A stretch of 64,000 bases of DNA. Source: Lachnospiraceae bacterium (GTDB lineage: Bacteria; Bacillota; Clostridia; Lachnospirales; Lachnospiraceae). A program made the translations under genes and the position numbers. Below are positions 54,786 to 64,000 of the stretch, piece after piece (position 1 is the first letter of the stretch; the number at the start of each line of letters is the position of its first letter). Below the pieces are notes generated by a model. It ran no database searches. It saw only the letters and a list, made by a program, of their open reading frames with translations, and was not told where the DNA came from. The DNA lies in assembly GCA_963643215.1 (NCBI GenBank), contig CAVIJY010000002.1, positions 1,073 to 65,072 on the forward strand. The letters run 5' to 3'.

Positions 54786-55466
54786 TCAGAGCTTGTATAC
54801 CTTTCTTGCGTGCTCTACATACAGAGCCATCCGCTCCTTCTCCTCCGGGTCTGCAAAGCGGTACTGGATACCGCACATGAACTTGTACATGCTGCCCTTC
54901 GGAGCCTCCCGCTCCCAGCATACGACTCCGGATATATCGTCAATCCCGGCGCCGTCCGGCTCCGTGCCCACACGCGGCAGACTGCAGTTTATGACCTCGC
55001 CCACCTCGAATCTGCTGCTCATAAAGAGCGCCATACCTCCTGCGGAGATATCCAGCGTGAAGCCCTCGCTCGGCTCTATCACGCCATCCGCATTGACAGG
55101 CCAGGTCTCCGACATATAGCTCATGCGAAGAGATATCCTGTATCGTGTGTCCTGACGCTGCGTGTACTGACGCTGGTTGCTGACCCTGCGTATCTTCCAG
55201 CAGCTTCTGAAGCCCTCCGTGACCGCATCATCGGCAAATCCCGCTATGATCATCTCCTCGGAGCCTGACTCATAGCGGAACAGGAGCTTTTGCATATTGT
55301 CGAACTCGGCTTTTCTGCCGTCGCTCATCGGTACGGTTATCAGAAATGCCGCATCATCCACCTGCTTCACGAAGGTGCATATCATATTGAATTGCGGATC
55401 CTGCCCTGCGGGCATCTCCCTTGCGGCCTGCATTCGCATGCCCGGTTTTATCGTAAGCTCAGCCAT
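54786..55466 (-). CDS. YcgR-like PilZ-domain c-di-GMP receptor
   Basis: RxxxR (QRQDTRYRI) and D-x-S-x-x-G (LDISAGGMAL) PilZ motifs in the C-terminal half, with an N-terminal PilZN-like half. Confidence 0.75.
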   Translation of the reverse strand: MAELTIKPGMRMQAAREMPAGQDPQFNMICTFVKQVDDAAFLITVPMSDGRKAEFDNMQKLLFRYESGSEEMIIAGFADDAVTEGFRSCWKIRRVSNQRQYTQRQDTRYRISLRMSYMSETWPVNADGVIEPSEGFTLDISAGGMALFMSSRFEVGEVINCSLPRVGTEPDGAGIDDISGVVCWEREAPKGSMYKFMCGIQYRFADPEEKERMALYVEHARKVYKL

Positions 55467-57300
55467 CTAAACTCTCTTTCCTGTATATGTCGCACATTTT
55501 ATCATAGACCGCCTTGAATGTCTCTATGAGCCGCGGTCCGAAGGAGCCGCATTCCCCGTCAAGTATCATGCGGTACACCTGTGACGGTGCATACGCGTCC
55601 TTGTATGAGCGCGGGCTGATGAGCGCGTCAAAGACATCCGCAAGCGAAACCGCCTGCACGCCTATCGATATCTCGTCTCCCTTCAGCCCCTCCGGATAGC
55701 CTCCTCCGTCATATCTTTCGTGATGATGGAGCGCCACATCTCTGCAGCATGCAAGCATCTCCTCCTGTCCTCTGGCATGGATACGGTCTATGATCTGCGC
55801 CCCGCGCAGCGTATGACTGCGCATGATTTCATGCTCCTCCTCGCTGAGCACACCCGGCTTGTTCAATATGGCATCCGGTACGGCGATCTTTCCTATATCG
55901 TGCATCACGGCGGCCATTGCATACATATCTACGGTGCTTTTGTTCAGTCCGTAATGCGGGCTGCGCTCCGAGAGATCCGTGAGCAGTATCCTGACCAGCT
56001 CGGATACATGCGCTATATGCGGGCCGCTTTCGACATTTCGAAACTCAACAAGACCTGCCATCGTGATGAGCATGATCTGGTTGTATTCATCGAGCCTGGC
56101 CTGCTCCAGACGCTCCGACTGCTGCGCCTTGTACTGCGTGATCCTGTCGATATCGTTGCGGTAAACCCTGTACCGGCTCCTGCCTATGGGCACCAGTATC
56201 TCGGAATATGTCTTTGCCTTTCTCGAGCCGGGACGGTTCAGCACCGTCTCCATGATATACTGTCCGTCTCTGACAGCCTTTTTCAGAAAGTTCTCATCCA
56301 GCAGCCGCATGTATCTGCTCTGCGTCTCCTGCGGGATGATCCCGTGCCTCGCGTAGCTGTCTATCTGCCCGGAAAAGCTGTATGACTTCTCCATACGCAC
56401 GAAGCGGCCTTTCTTCTTCTCATACGGGAACAGTCTGTCGCCGTCGATGTCTATCTCGTATATCCCGTCAAAAAGCGCCGCCAGATCCGGATCCTCGATA
56501 AATGCTTTGTTCTCCAGCGCAAGTCCGTTCTGTATCATGCCGTTGTCGTACTGGCTGGTCACGGCCTTGATATATATGATGCCGCGGTATCTCCTGACTT
56601 TTCCTGAGATCTCCGGTATCCGCTCGAATCGAAGCTGTATGTACTGCGGCTCGTTCTCTCTGCGGATACAGACTATGCTTGTAACCTCGGTTCTCCCCTC
56701 GTCAAATGCCGCCGTAAGCGACTTTCTGCTCCAGTGCTTTTGAAGTATGAGAGACGAGTCGTCATCCACCAGTTCAAGCAGATATGTCAGCAGTGCCTCG
56801 TAGCGTCCCCTCCTCGGCAGCTTTGCAGATCCGTCAGCGGCCTGACTCTGCGCATCCTCCGGGGTCTTCGAAGAATCTTCTCCCTCTCCGGTTCCGGCCT
56901 CGCTCTCATCAACTATCCTTCCCGTGCCGCTTTCGATATGATATGAGTCGCCTCCTATATCGGCAGATGCCACCAGAAGATATATCTTCTCCATGACTTT
57001 CGCGATTCTGACGCCTGCGTACCCGCCGTCACCATCCTCCGGGGAGCTCTTCGGCTGCTCCGGGCGTGAGTACCTGACTGTTTTGGATGTATTGATCCTG
57101 CGCACAGGCTCTTCCGCGCCCTCTTCGTCCTTCGGAAGGATCCCGAACATGCGAAGAGCGGCAGCTGCGCTGCGCAGCGTGCTGCCGTTCCTCGATCTTT
57201 TCTCCGTCATCCCCGTGAGAACAGCGTCTCTCGGACTTGCGGAGCCATATTCATCTGTCTCGCCGGCTTCCTGTCTCGGGCTTTCGTCTTCATCAAACAC
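55459..57300 (-). CDS. HD-GYP domain phosphodiesterase (c-di-GMP hydrolase type) with large unknown N-terminal region
   Basis: AAVMHDIGKIAVP...HHHERYDGGGYPEGL...LADVFDAL. Its stop overlaps the PilZ gene start by 8 nt. Confidence 0.8.
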   Translation of the reverse strand: MFDEDESPRQEAGETDEYGSASPRDAVLTGMTEKRSRNGSTLRSAAAALRMFGILPKDEEGAEEPVRRINTSKTVRYSRPEQPKSSPEDGDGGYAGVRIAKVMEKIYLLVASADIGGDSYHIESGTGRIVDESEAGTGEGEDSSKTPEDAQSQAADGSAKLPRRGRYEALLTYLLELVDDDSSLILQKHWSRKSLTAAFDEGRTEVTSIVCIRRENEPQYIQLRFERIPEISGKVRRYRGIIYIKAVTSQYDNGMIQNGLALENKAFIEDPDLAALFDGIYEIDIDGDRLFPYEKKKGRFVRMEKSYSFSGQIDSYARHGIIPQETQSRYMRLLDENFLKKAVRDGQYIMETVLNRPGSRKAKTYSEILVPIGRSRYRVYRNDIDRITQYKAQQSERLEQARLDEYNQIMLITMAGLVEFRNVESGPHIAHVSELVRILLTDLSERSPHYGLNKSTVDMYAMAAVMHDIGKIAVPDAILNKPGVLSEEEHEIMRSHTLRGAQIIDRIHARGQEEMLACCRDVALHHHERYDGGGYPEGLKGDEISIGVQAVSLADVFDALISPRSYKDAYAPSQVYRMILDGECGSFGPRLIETFKAVYDKMCDIYRKESLDG

Positions 57301-57345
57301 AGCGTGCCCCCTCCGGCCCGTCTCTGAAGATCCGGGCTATGCGGA

Positions 57346-59118
57346 TCAATATCTGGCTCCCTCCGGTATGCCCGCCACCGATCCGTCGTTGAGATTATAA
57401 GTCACACCTGCTGCATCTGTAAAGCTGCCCTTTACCATGGCTCCCAGCGTTCCCTGGCTTCCGTCGCTCAGATAATACTGATATCCGCCGTCTTCTATCC
57501 AGCCCGTCACCATCCTGTGATCGGCGTCAAAGTAGTACCAGTCACTCTCTATCTGCTTCCATCCCGGCCCGACAGCTGTTCCGTTCTTGTCGAAATAGTA
57601 CCACGCACCCAGCGTATACTGCCATCCCTTGACCCTGTTTCCGTCCTCATCTCTCATGGTCATCGATCCGGCTGTGTATCTGATCTCGCCGTCAGTGGTA
57701 TTTGCCAGAGCCCACTCGTCGAGATTGCTGATCTCTACGGCCTTTGAGGTGAGATAATATTTGGAGGATGCGTCCGAGCCCATGGCATAAAGCTTGACAT
57801 TTATAGGCTCAAGATCTGAGCTCGTGTCATCATATTCGAAGTATCCTCCCAGATCATAATAGTTTGTGCTGATGATCTCCGCATGGAGCTGCGTCTTTCC
57901 CTGATATATGGCTATCTTGTATCTTGAGGCGCGATCGACCTTCTTCCAGTTGAGCACAGTCGCCTCGTTGATATAGAGATTGCTTGGCGTCTCAAGCGTC
58001 AGCTTCGGTATATAGTAAAATGTCAGTCTCGCGCTTGTAGATGATCTCGATGTCACCTGCACATCACTTCCGCGGCAGCTGAAGACCGTGCTGCTCGTAA
58101 ATTCATAGTTGTTTCCTGCCTTGAGCAGCATGGAGACCTGCACGCCGCTTCCCGCGCTCCACTGCTCCTGAGGCTGGCTGTATGTGATATTCTCTATCGT
58201 AAAGCCTGTTCCGGCCGTAAATGTAGTCGTCGACAGCTTTCCCGGCTCAACCGACTTTTCCGATACGCTGATGGCCGCCTTCGTCAGCTTGGTCAAGACA
58301 GGCGGTGACATCCTTGTCCCTGATGCAGATACCGACTGCCCCTGTGACACATATTCTCCTGACTCATTTACCGGGTACCCGTCCGGCGTAGTGGTATTTA
58401 CATACAGATTGCCGTTCTTCTTGTCAAAGTAGTACCATTTCCCGCTGATCTGCTGCCAGCCCGTCTGCATGACGCCCTTGCTTGAGAAATGGTATCTCTG
58501 CCCTCCGTCGTCTATCCACTCGTTCTTGGCCTTGATGCCGCCGCTCTTGTAGTAGAACCAGGTTCCGTCCAGCTGGTACTCCCATCCTAGCTTGCCTGAC
58601 TCTGCCTCGGCCTCCACGGTCTTGATGCGGTTCTTGATGGTCTTGAGAGTATCGTAGTCGATTTCCAGCTCCTCGCTCTCGACCATAGTCTCCTCGCCGC
58701 CGTTCACAGAATATACAGCGAAGTAGTAGCTTCCTGTGCCGTTGTTGGCGATATATGATGTCGCATCAAAGCTGCCTCCCGAGACCTTGCCCCAGTTTCT
58801 GATGACCCGGCTGCTGTAGCCCTTGTATATGAGAAGCTTATATGCTGTGGAGCTCTCGGCCTTCTCCCATCGGCATCTCACGGTTCCTGTCGCGGAGTCC
58901 AGATCCCACCACGCATCTCCTATAGTATAGTCCTTGTCATCATCTGTGGCGGCGTGAGCCTCGATCCGCAGCGCAGATGCCGCTGCAAGGAAGGCGCCGG
59001 TGCCTGTCAGCACAGAGGCCGCCGCTATCGCAAAAGAAGCCGCGGCCATGGTCAGTCGTCCCTTCCATGCCGCAGCTGTCATATATGTCTTATCTGTACA
59101 AAACAGACTTGTCCTCAT
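57346..59118 (-). CDS. Secreted protein with cell-wall-binding (CW_binding_1 / choline-binding-like) repeats
   Basis: Repeats include GWQQISGKWYYFDKKNGNLY, GWQYTLGAWYYFDKNGTAVGPGW, KQIESDWYYFDADHRMVTGW and others. A signal peptide is present; the exact start is uncertain. Confidence 0.75.
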   Translation of the reverse strand: MRTSLFCTDKTYMTAAAWKGRLTMAAASFAIAAASVLTGTGAFLAAASALRIEAHAATDDDKDYTIGDAWWDLDSATGTVRCRWEKAESSTAYKLLIYKGYSSRVIRNWGKVSGGSFDATSYIANNGTGSYYFAVYSVNGGEETMVESEELEIDYDTLKTIKNRIKTVEAEAESGKLGWEYQLDGTWFYYKSGGIKAKNEWIDDGGQRYHFSSKGVMQTGWQQISGKWYYFDKKNGNLYVNTTTPDGYPVNESGEYVSQGQSVSASGTRMSPPVLTKLTKAAISVSEKSVEPGKLSTTTFTAGTGFTIENITYSQPQEQWSAGSGVQVSMLLKAGNNYEFTSSTVFSCRGSDVQVTSRSSTSARLTFYYIPKLTLETPSNLYINEATVLNWKKVDRASRYKIAIYQGKTQLHAEIISTNYYDLGGYFEYDDTSSDLEPINVKLYAMGSDASSKYYLTSKAVEISNLDEWALANTTDGEIRYTAGSMTMRDEDGNRVKGWQYTLGAWYYFDKNGTAVGPGWKQIESDWYYFDADHRMVTGWIEDGGYQYYLSDGSQGTLGAMVKGSFTDAAGVTYNLNDGSVAGIPEGARY

Positions 59119-59336
59119 ATGTTACTTACCCGCTTTCTGTTAGCTTGATCCCATCTCGTACTGCATCCATGGAAACTATAAAGCAGGCATTTGCAAATTT
59201 CAAGTCTGCCCGGATTACGGCAGGCTTACAAAGAGCTTAAGGAATCAGTCATCTCATACCGCGCAGTCCCTGCATCCGTGCCGGGTATCCTTATGTCTGC
59301 GCAGCTGTCTCCACGCAGTCCCGAAGCGGCCTCAGA

Positions 59337-60446
59337 TCACAACATCGGCTTCTGCGGTATATACTCATACTCCGCCGAGAGGAAGTTGTCCCAGTTGACC
59401 TCGACTCCGAGTCCTGGTCTGTCAGGCACCATCAGAAGGCCGTTTTCCAGCTTCAGGGGAGTCTTGAGAAATGCTTCATTCTCATCCCATGCGCGTCCCT
59501 GCGACTCCTGGAATACTATATTGGGCAGCGTGATATCCACATGAGCCGCCTGAAGCGTCGCCAGTATGGAATTGGAGTTGTGCGGCTGTACCTTCATGAA
59601 TTTCTTGCCTGTCATGCCGCCGATGAGCTTTGTCTCAAGTATGCCGCCGTCATGAGTGAGATCCGGCTGCACCACAGACGCGATCTCCCGCATATTCTCA
59701 AAGCGGAAGCCGAAGCGCGAGAATACCCTCTCACCATGCGCTATGGGCGTGCGCACCGTGGCTGCAAGGCGCTTATAGCCTGCTATATCCTCCGGATATA
59801 CCGGCTCCTCTATGTACATGAGTCCCAGCGGCTCGGCCTTGCGGAAATACTCTCTCATGGTGTCGATGTCCGTGCAGTGCACATCAACCATCAGATCTAC
59901 ATCCCAGCCCACGGCCTCTCTCACCGCCTTGAGCATGTCTATGCCGTGCTTAACCCGGTGAGGATCGCTGGCGGGAGTGCAGAACGGACCGCCCTTGAGC
60001 GCCGTAAAGCCCTTGGCTACTGTAGCAGCGGCGGTCTCGGCAGCCTTCTCGGGTGATCCGCCCATGCCCCATCCGCCGTATACGCGGACGCCGTCTCTCT
60101 TTTTTCCGCCGAGCAGATTGTAGATCGGCTCGCCCAGCGCCTTGCCTATGATATCCCAGAGTGCGCACTCAACGCCTGCAAACGCCGTGATATTTACAAC
60201 GCCGCCGCTTGAGCGCCACGCGTCCAGCGCATAGTAGTTGTGGAACATATCATTGATGCAGAATACATCCTTGCCTATCATCAGATATGCCAGATCGCTC
60301 TGGATAGCCTCGTACACTGCCTTTTCCTTCTGTCTGAGCGTGCATTCGCCCACACCGGAGATGCCCTCGTCCGTATCGACCTTGACCCAGATGACATTGC
60401 GTCCGACAGACTTGCGCATATATGTATTTATAGCTGTAATCTTCAT
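59337..60446 (-). CDS. Enolase-superfamily enzyme (mandelate racemase / D-galactonate or mannonate dehydratase-like)
   Basis: MKITAINTY...VKVDTDEGISGVGE capping domain plus a barrel with MYIEEP and HGER-type motifs. Confidence 0.75.
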   Translation of the reverse strand: MKITAINTYMRKSVGRNVIWVKVDTDEGISGVGECTLRQKEKAVYEAIQSDLAYLMIGKDVFCINDMFHNYYALDAWRSSGGVVNITAFAGVECALWDIIGKALGEPIYNLLGGKKRDGVRVYGGWGMGGSPEKAAETAAATVAKGFTALKGGPFCTPASDPHRVKHGIDMLKAVREAVGWDVDLMVDVHCTDIDTMREYFRKAEPLGLMYIEEPVYPEDIAGYKRLAATVRTPIAHGERVFSRFGFRFENMREIASVVQPDLTHDGGILETKLIGGMTGKKFMKVQPHNSNSILATLQAAHVDITLPNIVFQESQGRAWDENEAFLKTPLKLENGLLMVPDRPGLGVEVNWDNFLSAEYEYIPQKPML

Positions 60447-61507
60447 GCCTGCACCTCCTCATATCCTTCCAGATCAGGCTCCGCACCCAGACCCGCCGCG
60501 CCGTCATTCAGGATCAGCTTTCCGTCCTTTATCTCATGAGCCAGCCTCCATGTGCCTGAAGCCCGTTCCAGATCGGCAAGCGAGATGTCAAGCTGCGACA
60601 GATTGGCCGCTACTGCCGCGCTGTGGATATTGGCCAGGAATCCTCCGAAGCTCTCATATGTATACGAAACCTTCAGATAATGCGCCTCCGTCAGAGTCGT
60701 CACTATGCGGGTCTCGCATATGCCGCCGATGGTATCAGTGTCAAATGTGACGGTAGCCACATCTCCCTTTTCTATAAACTGCTCCAGCTCCAGCACTGAA
60801 GCGGCATATTCTCCGTCCTCCATGGGCTGATCAAATGTCTGAGCCAGCTTGTATATGCCTCCGAAGTCTCCGTACAGGCAGGGATTTGAGACACACGCTA
60901 TCTCCATATCCTCGATATCCTTAAAGAGCGACATGGTCTGATCATGGTCAAGTATATGATCCAGATCCAGTGTTATCTTTATATCCGGTCCTACGGCCTT
61001 CCTGACGGCTCTTATCACATCCGCGGCCGGAGTCATCACCAGCCTGCGGAAATCCAGCGTGGCAAAGGGCAGTCCGTGAAGCGGATTGAACTTAATGGAT
61101 GTGTATCCCTTTGCAACAACCTTTACCGCCGCCTCTGCATACTCCTGCGGCGTGACACAGTCGGTATCCCATCCGCATGCTCTCAGCACTATGGGACGCA
61201 GCATCTTTCCTCCCAGCAGGTTGTATACCGGCTGTCTTGTCTTCTTTCCGAAGATGTCCCACATGCAGGCCTCTACAGCTCCCAGAGCTGATGAAAGCGG
61301 TCCGTTGTCATGGCATCTGAACATCTCTCCCATGCTCTCCGTGTTGTAGACGGATCTTCCTATGAGTCTGTTCTTCACCAGTCCCAGAGTAAACTGTGCG
61401 ATAGGACATGCAAGCTCGCTGTAGCCCTTCAGGCCGTTCTCCGCCTCTACCTCCACGATAGCCGGAGCGCCTGTCTTTTTGTACAGGCGTATCGCCTTGA
61501 TCTTCAT
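60443..61507 (-). CDS. Enolase-superfamily enzyme (MR/MLE family), second paralogue
   Basis: The start was trimmed to MKIKAIRLY at 61507. Its stop overlaps the downstream paralogue's start. Confidence 0.7.
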   Translation of the reverse strand: MKIKAIRLYKKTGAPAIVEVEAENGLKGYSELACPIAQFTLGLVKNRLIGRSVYNTESMGEMFRCHDNGPLSSALGAVEACMWDIFGKKTRQPVYNLLGGKMLRPIVLRACGWDTDCVTPQEYAEAAVKVVAKGYTSIKFNPLHGLPFATLDFRRLVMTPAADVIRAVRKAVGPDIKITLDLDHILDHDQTMSLFKDIEDMEIACVSNPCLYGDFGGIYKLAQTFDQPMEDGEYAASVLELEQFIEKGDVATVTFDTDTIGGICETRIVTTLTEAHYLKVSYTYESFGGFLANIHSAAVAANLSQLDISLADLERASGTWRLAHEIKDGKLILNDGAAGLGAEPDLEGYEEVQA

Positions 61508-61564
61508 AAATAACCCCCTTTGCGGTGTTTGAATCCTGCGTACCAGGTCAGTGTAGCACGCAAA

Positions 61565-61589
61565 CACCCCGTACACAATGTACGGGGTG
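61565..61589 (-). terminator. Perfect 11-bp hairpin, possible prfC terminator
   Basis: CACCCCGTACA-CAA-TGTACGGGGTG is followed on the minus strand only by TTTG, a weak U tract. Confidence 0.35.
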
Positions 61590-61753
61590 TTATACATTCC
61601 ATACCTCTTCGTTTCCTCGCGATGCTCAGCGGTTCGCTGTCTCCACTCCGCCGTCGCGCTTCGCGCTCGAGCGATCGTGGACAGCTATCGCATGGCACTT
61701 CGTAAACGCGTGCTGCTTGCGCGGCACGCGAACTCAGTGCTCAAACTCAGTGC

Positions 61754-63337
61754 TCATCGGCTGAATTCGCTCAGCACCAGACCGGGGTTGCGGTCCAGAG
61801 TCATCCGTATGCTCCATTCATTTGCCCAGATCAGCAGCGGATTGCCCTTCAGATCCTCCACGCGCTTCATATCGCTGGTGCCCTGCAGCCTGTCCACGGG
61901 AACAGGAGTCTCGACAACCCAGCGGATATGCTCATAGGGGAGTATATCCATCGCAACCTCGACATTATACTCATTCTTCAGTCTGTATGTCAGCACCTCA
62001 AACTGCAGCACGCCGACCACTCCGACTATGATCTCCTCCATTCCGGTATTCATCTCTCGGAATATCTGGATGGCTCCCTCCTGCGCTATCTGATAGATGC
62101 CCTTCGTGAACTGCTTGCGCTTCATCGTATCCACCTGACGAACCCTCGCAAAATGCTCCGGGGCAAATGTCGGTATGCCCTCGAACTGCACTTTCTTCTT
62201 CGCCGTGGATATGGTGTCTCCTATGGAGAATATGCCCGGATCAAATATGCCGATGATATCTCCGGCGTATGCCCTCTCTACGATCTTGCGCTCGTCCGCC
62301 ATCATCTGCGTCGACTGATTCAGGCGCAGCTTCCGGCCGGTCTGTACATGATCGACCTCCATTCCGGCCTCGTACTCACCCGAGCAGATGCGCATGAAGG
62401 CGATGCGGTCACGATGCGCCTTGTTCATATTGGCCTGTATTTTGAATACAAATGCCGAGAAGAACTCATCCTGCATGGGATCAACTATCCCGTCCAGCGT
62501 CTCTCTGGGCAGCGGTGATGTGGTCATCTTAAGGAAATGCTCCAGAAATGTCTGCACACCGAAATTGGTCAGCGCCGATCCGAAAAATACCGGCGAGAGC
62601 TCGCCCCTGTCAACCCTTGCCTGATCGAGCTCGTCGCTGGCTCCGTCCAGCATCTCTATATCATCCAGAAGCTGTCTGTGAAAGCCCGGCGTGATGAGCG
62701 AATCCAGCTCCGGATCCTGCGCGTCTATGTATCTTGTCTCAACCTCCTCCATACCCGCATGCGCGGCTGTGAAGAGATTCACCTTTCCTGATGTGCGGTC
62801 ATAGACCCCCTTGAAGCTCTTGCCGCTTCCTATCGGCCAGTTCACCGGGCATGTTCTTATGCCCAGCACCGATTCTATCTCGTCCAGCAGCTCGTAGGGA
62901 TCTCTCGAATCACGATCCAGCTTGTTTATAAATGTAAATATGGGAATATGGCGCAGTGTACATACCTTGAAGAGCTTGATGGTCTGCGCCTCCACGCCTT
63001 TTCCCGCGTCGATGACCATGACCGCTGAATCTGCAGCCATGAGCGTACGGTATGTATCCTCGGAGAAGTCCTGATGTCCCGGTGTATCCAGTATGTTGAT
63101 GCAGAAGCCGTCATAGTTGAACTGCATCACGGATGATGTGACGGAGATTCCTCTCTCCTTTTCTATATCCATCCAGTCTGAAACTGCGTATTTCTGTGTC
63201 TTCTTGCCCTTTACGGAGCCTGCCAGATTGATAGCTCCGCCGTAGAGCAGGAACTTCTCCGTGAGTGTTGTCTTCCCGGCATCCGGGTGGGATATGATTG
63301 CAAATGTGCGTCTCTTCTTTACCTCATCAAAAAGCAT
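61754..63337 (-). CDS. prfC: Peptide chain release factor 3
   Basis: GTPase motifs AIISHPDAGKTT, DTPGHQDF and NKLD, with RF3-like length and C-terminal domains. Confidence 0.93.
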   Translation of the reverse strand: MLFDEVKKRRTFAIISHPDAGKTTLTEKFLLYGGAINLAGSVKGKKTQKYAVSDWMDIEKERGISVTSSVMQFNYDGFCINILDTPGHQDFSEDTYRTLMAADSAVMVIDAGKGVEAQTIKLFKVCTLRHIPIFTFINKLDRDSRDPYELLDEIESVLGIRTCPVNWPIGSGKSFKGVYDRTSGKVNLFTAAHAGMEEVETRYIDAQDPELDSLITPGFHRQLLDDIEMLDGASDELDQARVDRGELSPVFFGSALTNFGVQTFLEHFLKMTTSPLPRETLDGIVDPMQDEFFSAFVFKIQANMNKAHRDRIAFMRICSGEYEAGMEVDHVQTGRKLRLNQSTQMMADERKIVERAYAGDIIGIFDPGIFSIGDTISTAKKKVQFEGIPTFAPEHFARVRQVDTMKRKQFTKGIYQIAQEGAIQIFREMNTGMEEIIVGVVGVLQFEVLTYRLKNEYNVEVAMDILPYEHIRWVVETPVPVDRLQGTSDMKRVEDLKGNPLLIWANEWSIRMTLDRNPGLVLSEFSR

Positions 63338-63342
63338 GTTTT

Positions 63343-64000
63343 TTAATACCCCACTATGATACCGTTTCTCTCTGCATAGAAGCAGTCGAGACCTCTGGTC
63401 TTATATATACTGATCATCTCGGCGTTGATGCCGAGCTCCCTGACTATGCTGTCCTTGAGCTGCTGAGCCAGCTGAGGATTGTTTACATGAGATATCACTA
63501 TCTCGTTGTCCGGACGGTTGCGGCGCTCACGGATGTCCCCGATGATGGAGGCTATAACCTTGGCATTGCCCCGTGCGCTGTTCTTCAGCTTTATGCGGCC
63601 CTCTCCGTCGTCCGTGCCGATGCCCCACAGCTTCAGAGCCTTTGCAAAGAAGCCGACTATGGGCGTCACACGGCCGTTCTTTATCAGATTGTTGTATGAG
63701 CAAAGCGCAAAAACAGTATGGGTATGCTTTGCCTGATCCTTGGCCATCTCCACGACCCTGTCAAAATCATATCCCGCCTTGATGCACTCTATAACCTTGT
63801 TGATGATGATGATATTGGTCGGGCCTGTGCCGCCGGAATCTATGACATCCACCTTCTTGTCCGCGTGCTTTTCCTGTATCATGTGGCGCCCGGCCATAGC
63901 GGCATTGAAGCTTCCCGATAGATTCTGAGATATGGTAAATGCTATCGCATGCCCCTGCCTCTCGAAATACTGAAGCCACTCTCCCGGCGACGGGCATGCC
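63343..64000 (-). CDS. DegV-family fatty-acid-binding protein, 5' end beyond the window
   Basis: The frame stays open upstream of the ORF-track Met. Translation ...ACPSPGEWLQYFERQGHAIAFTISQNLSGSFNAA...VDVIDSGG matches the DegV TSxPSPxxF / ISSxLSGT motifs. Confidence 0.8.
   Translation of the reverse strand, partial: ACPSPGEWLQYFERQGHAIAFTISQNLSGSFNAAMAGRHMIQEKHADKKVDVIDSGGTGPTNIIIINKVIECIKAGYDFDRVVEMAKDQAKHTHTVFALCSYNNLIKNGRVTPIVGFFAKALKLWGIGTDDGEGRIKLKNSARGNAKVIASIIGDIRERRNRPDNEIVISHVNNPQLAQQLKDSIVRELGINAEMISIYKTRGLDCFYAERNGIIVGY

Overview
Firmicutes/Clostridia-like chromosomal segment with about 95% of coding on the minus strand. No rRNA, tRNA, CRISPR array, transposase or integrase was recognised.

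- **1-24.7 kb, ordinary core genes.** This stretch holds a sugar ABC importer. It also holds a complete pstS-pstC-pstA-pstB-phoU-phoP-phoR operon with Pho-box-like repeats. An amino-acid ABC importer sits behind a long structured leader, and a TPP riboswitch precedes a ThiT-like gene. The remaining genes are cardiolipin synthase, a nitroreductase, Fic, a CDF transporter, a CarD-like regulator, leuS and a YitT-family gene.
- **24.7-57.3 kb, the interesting accessory locus (about 33 kb).**
  - It encodes two SipW-type (archaeal-type) signal peptidases.
  - Eight proteins carry a TasA/SipW-like signal ending in A-W-[FY], plus a ninth with a weaker TGAWQVF version.
  - Seven proteins share a camelysin/TasA-like C-terminal W-x-E-G-x-D-x-x-C...F-x-G signature.
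  - Two of the A-W-[FY] proteins are tandem giants of about 1335 and 1377 aa.
  - The locus also includes a membrane-anchored TasA-like protein and a membrane-anchored McrB-like AAA+ protein whose start overlaps the stop of one sipW. A McrC-N-terminal-like protein has about 440 aa of coiled coil and no recognisable nuclease motif, and there is a two-domain AAA+ ATPase.
  - The locus is tied to c-di-GMP in three ways. Three GEMM-I (c-di-GMP-I) riboswitches each have their own promoter and terminator, and there is a YcgR-like PilZ protein and an HD-GYP phosphodiesterase.
  - A HigBA module and a DUF4143 ATPase gene interrupt the locus.
- **57.3-64 kb.** This stretch holds a cell-wall-binding-repeat protein, two enolase-superfamily enzymes, prfC and a degV gene truncated by the window edge.
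- **Unclassified repeats.** Two structured intergenic repeat families, with three copies each, are also present.
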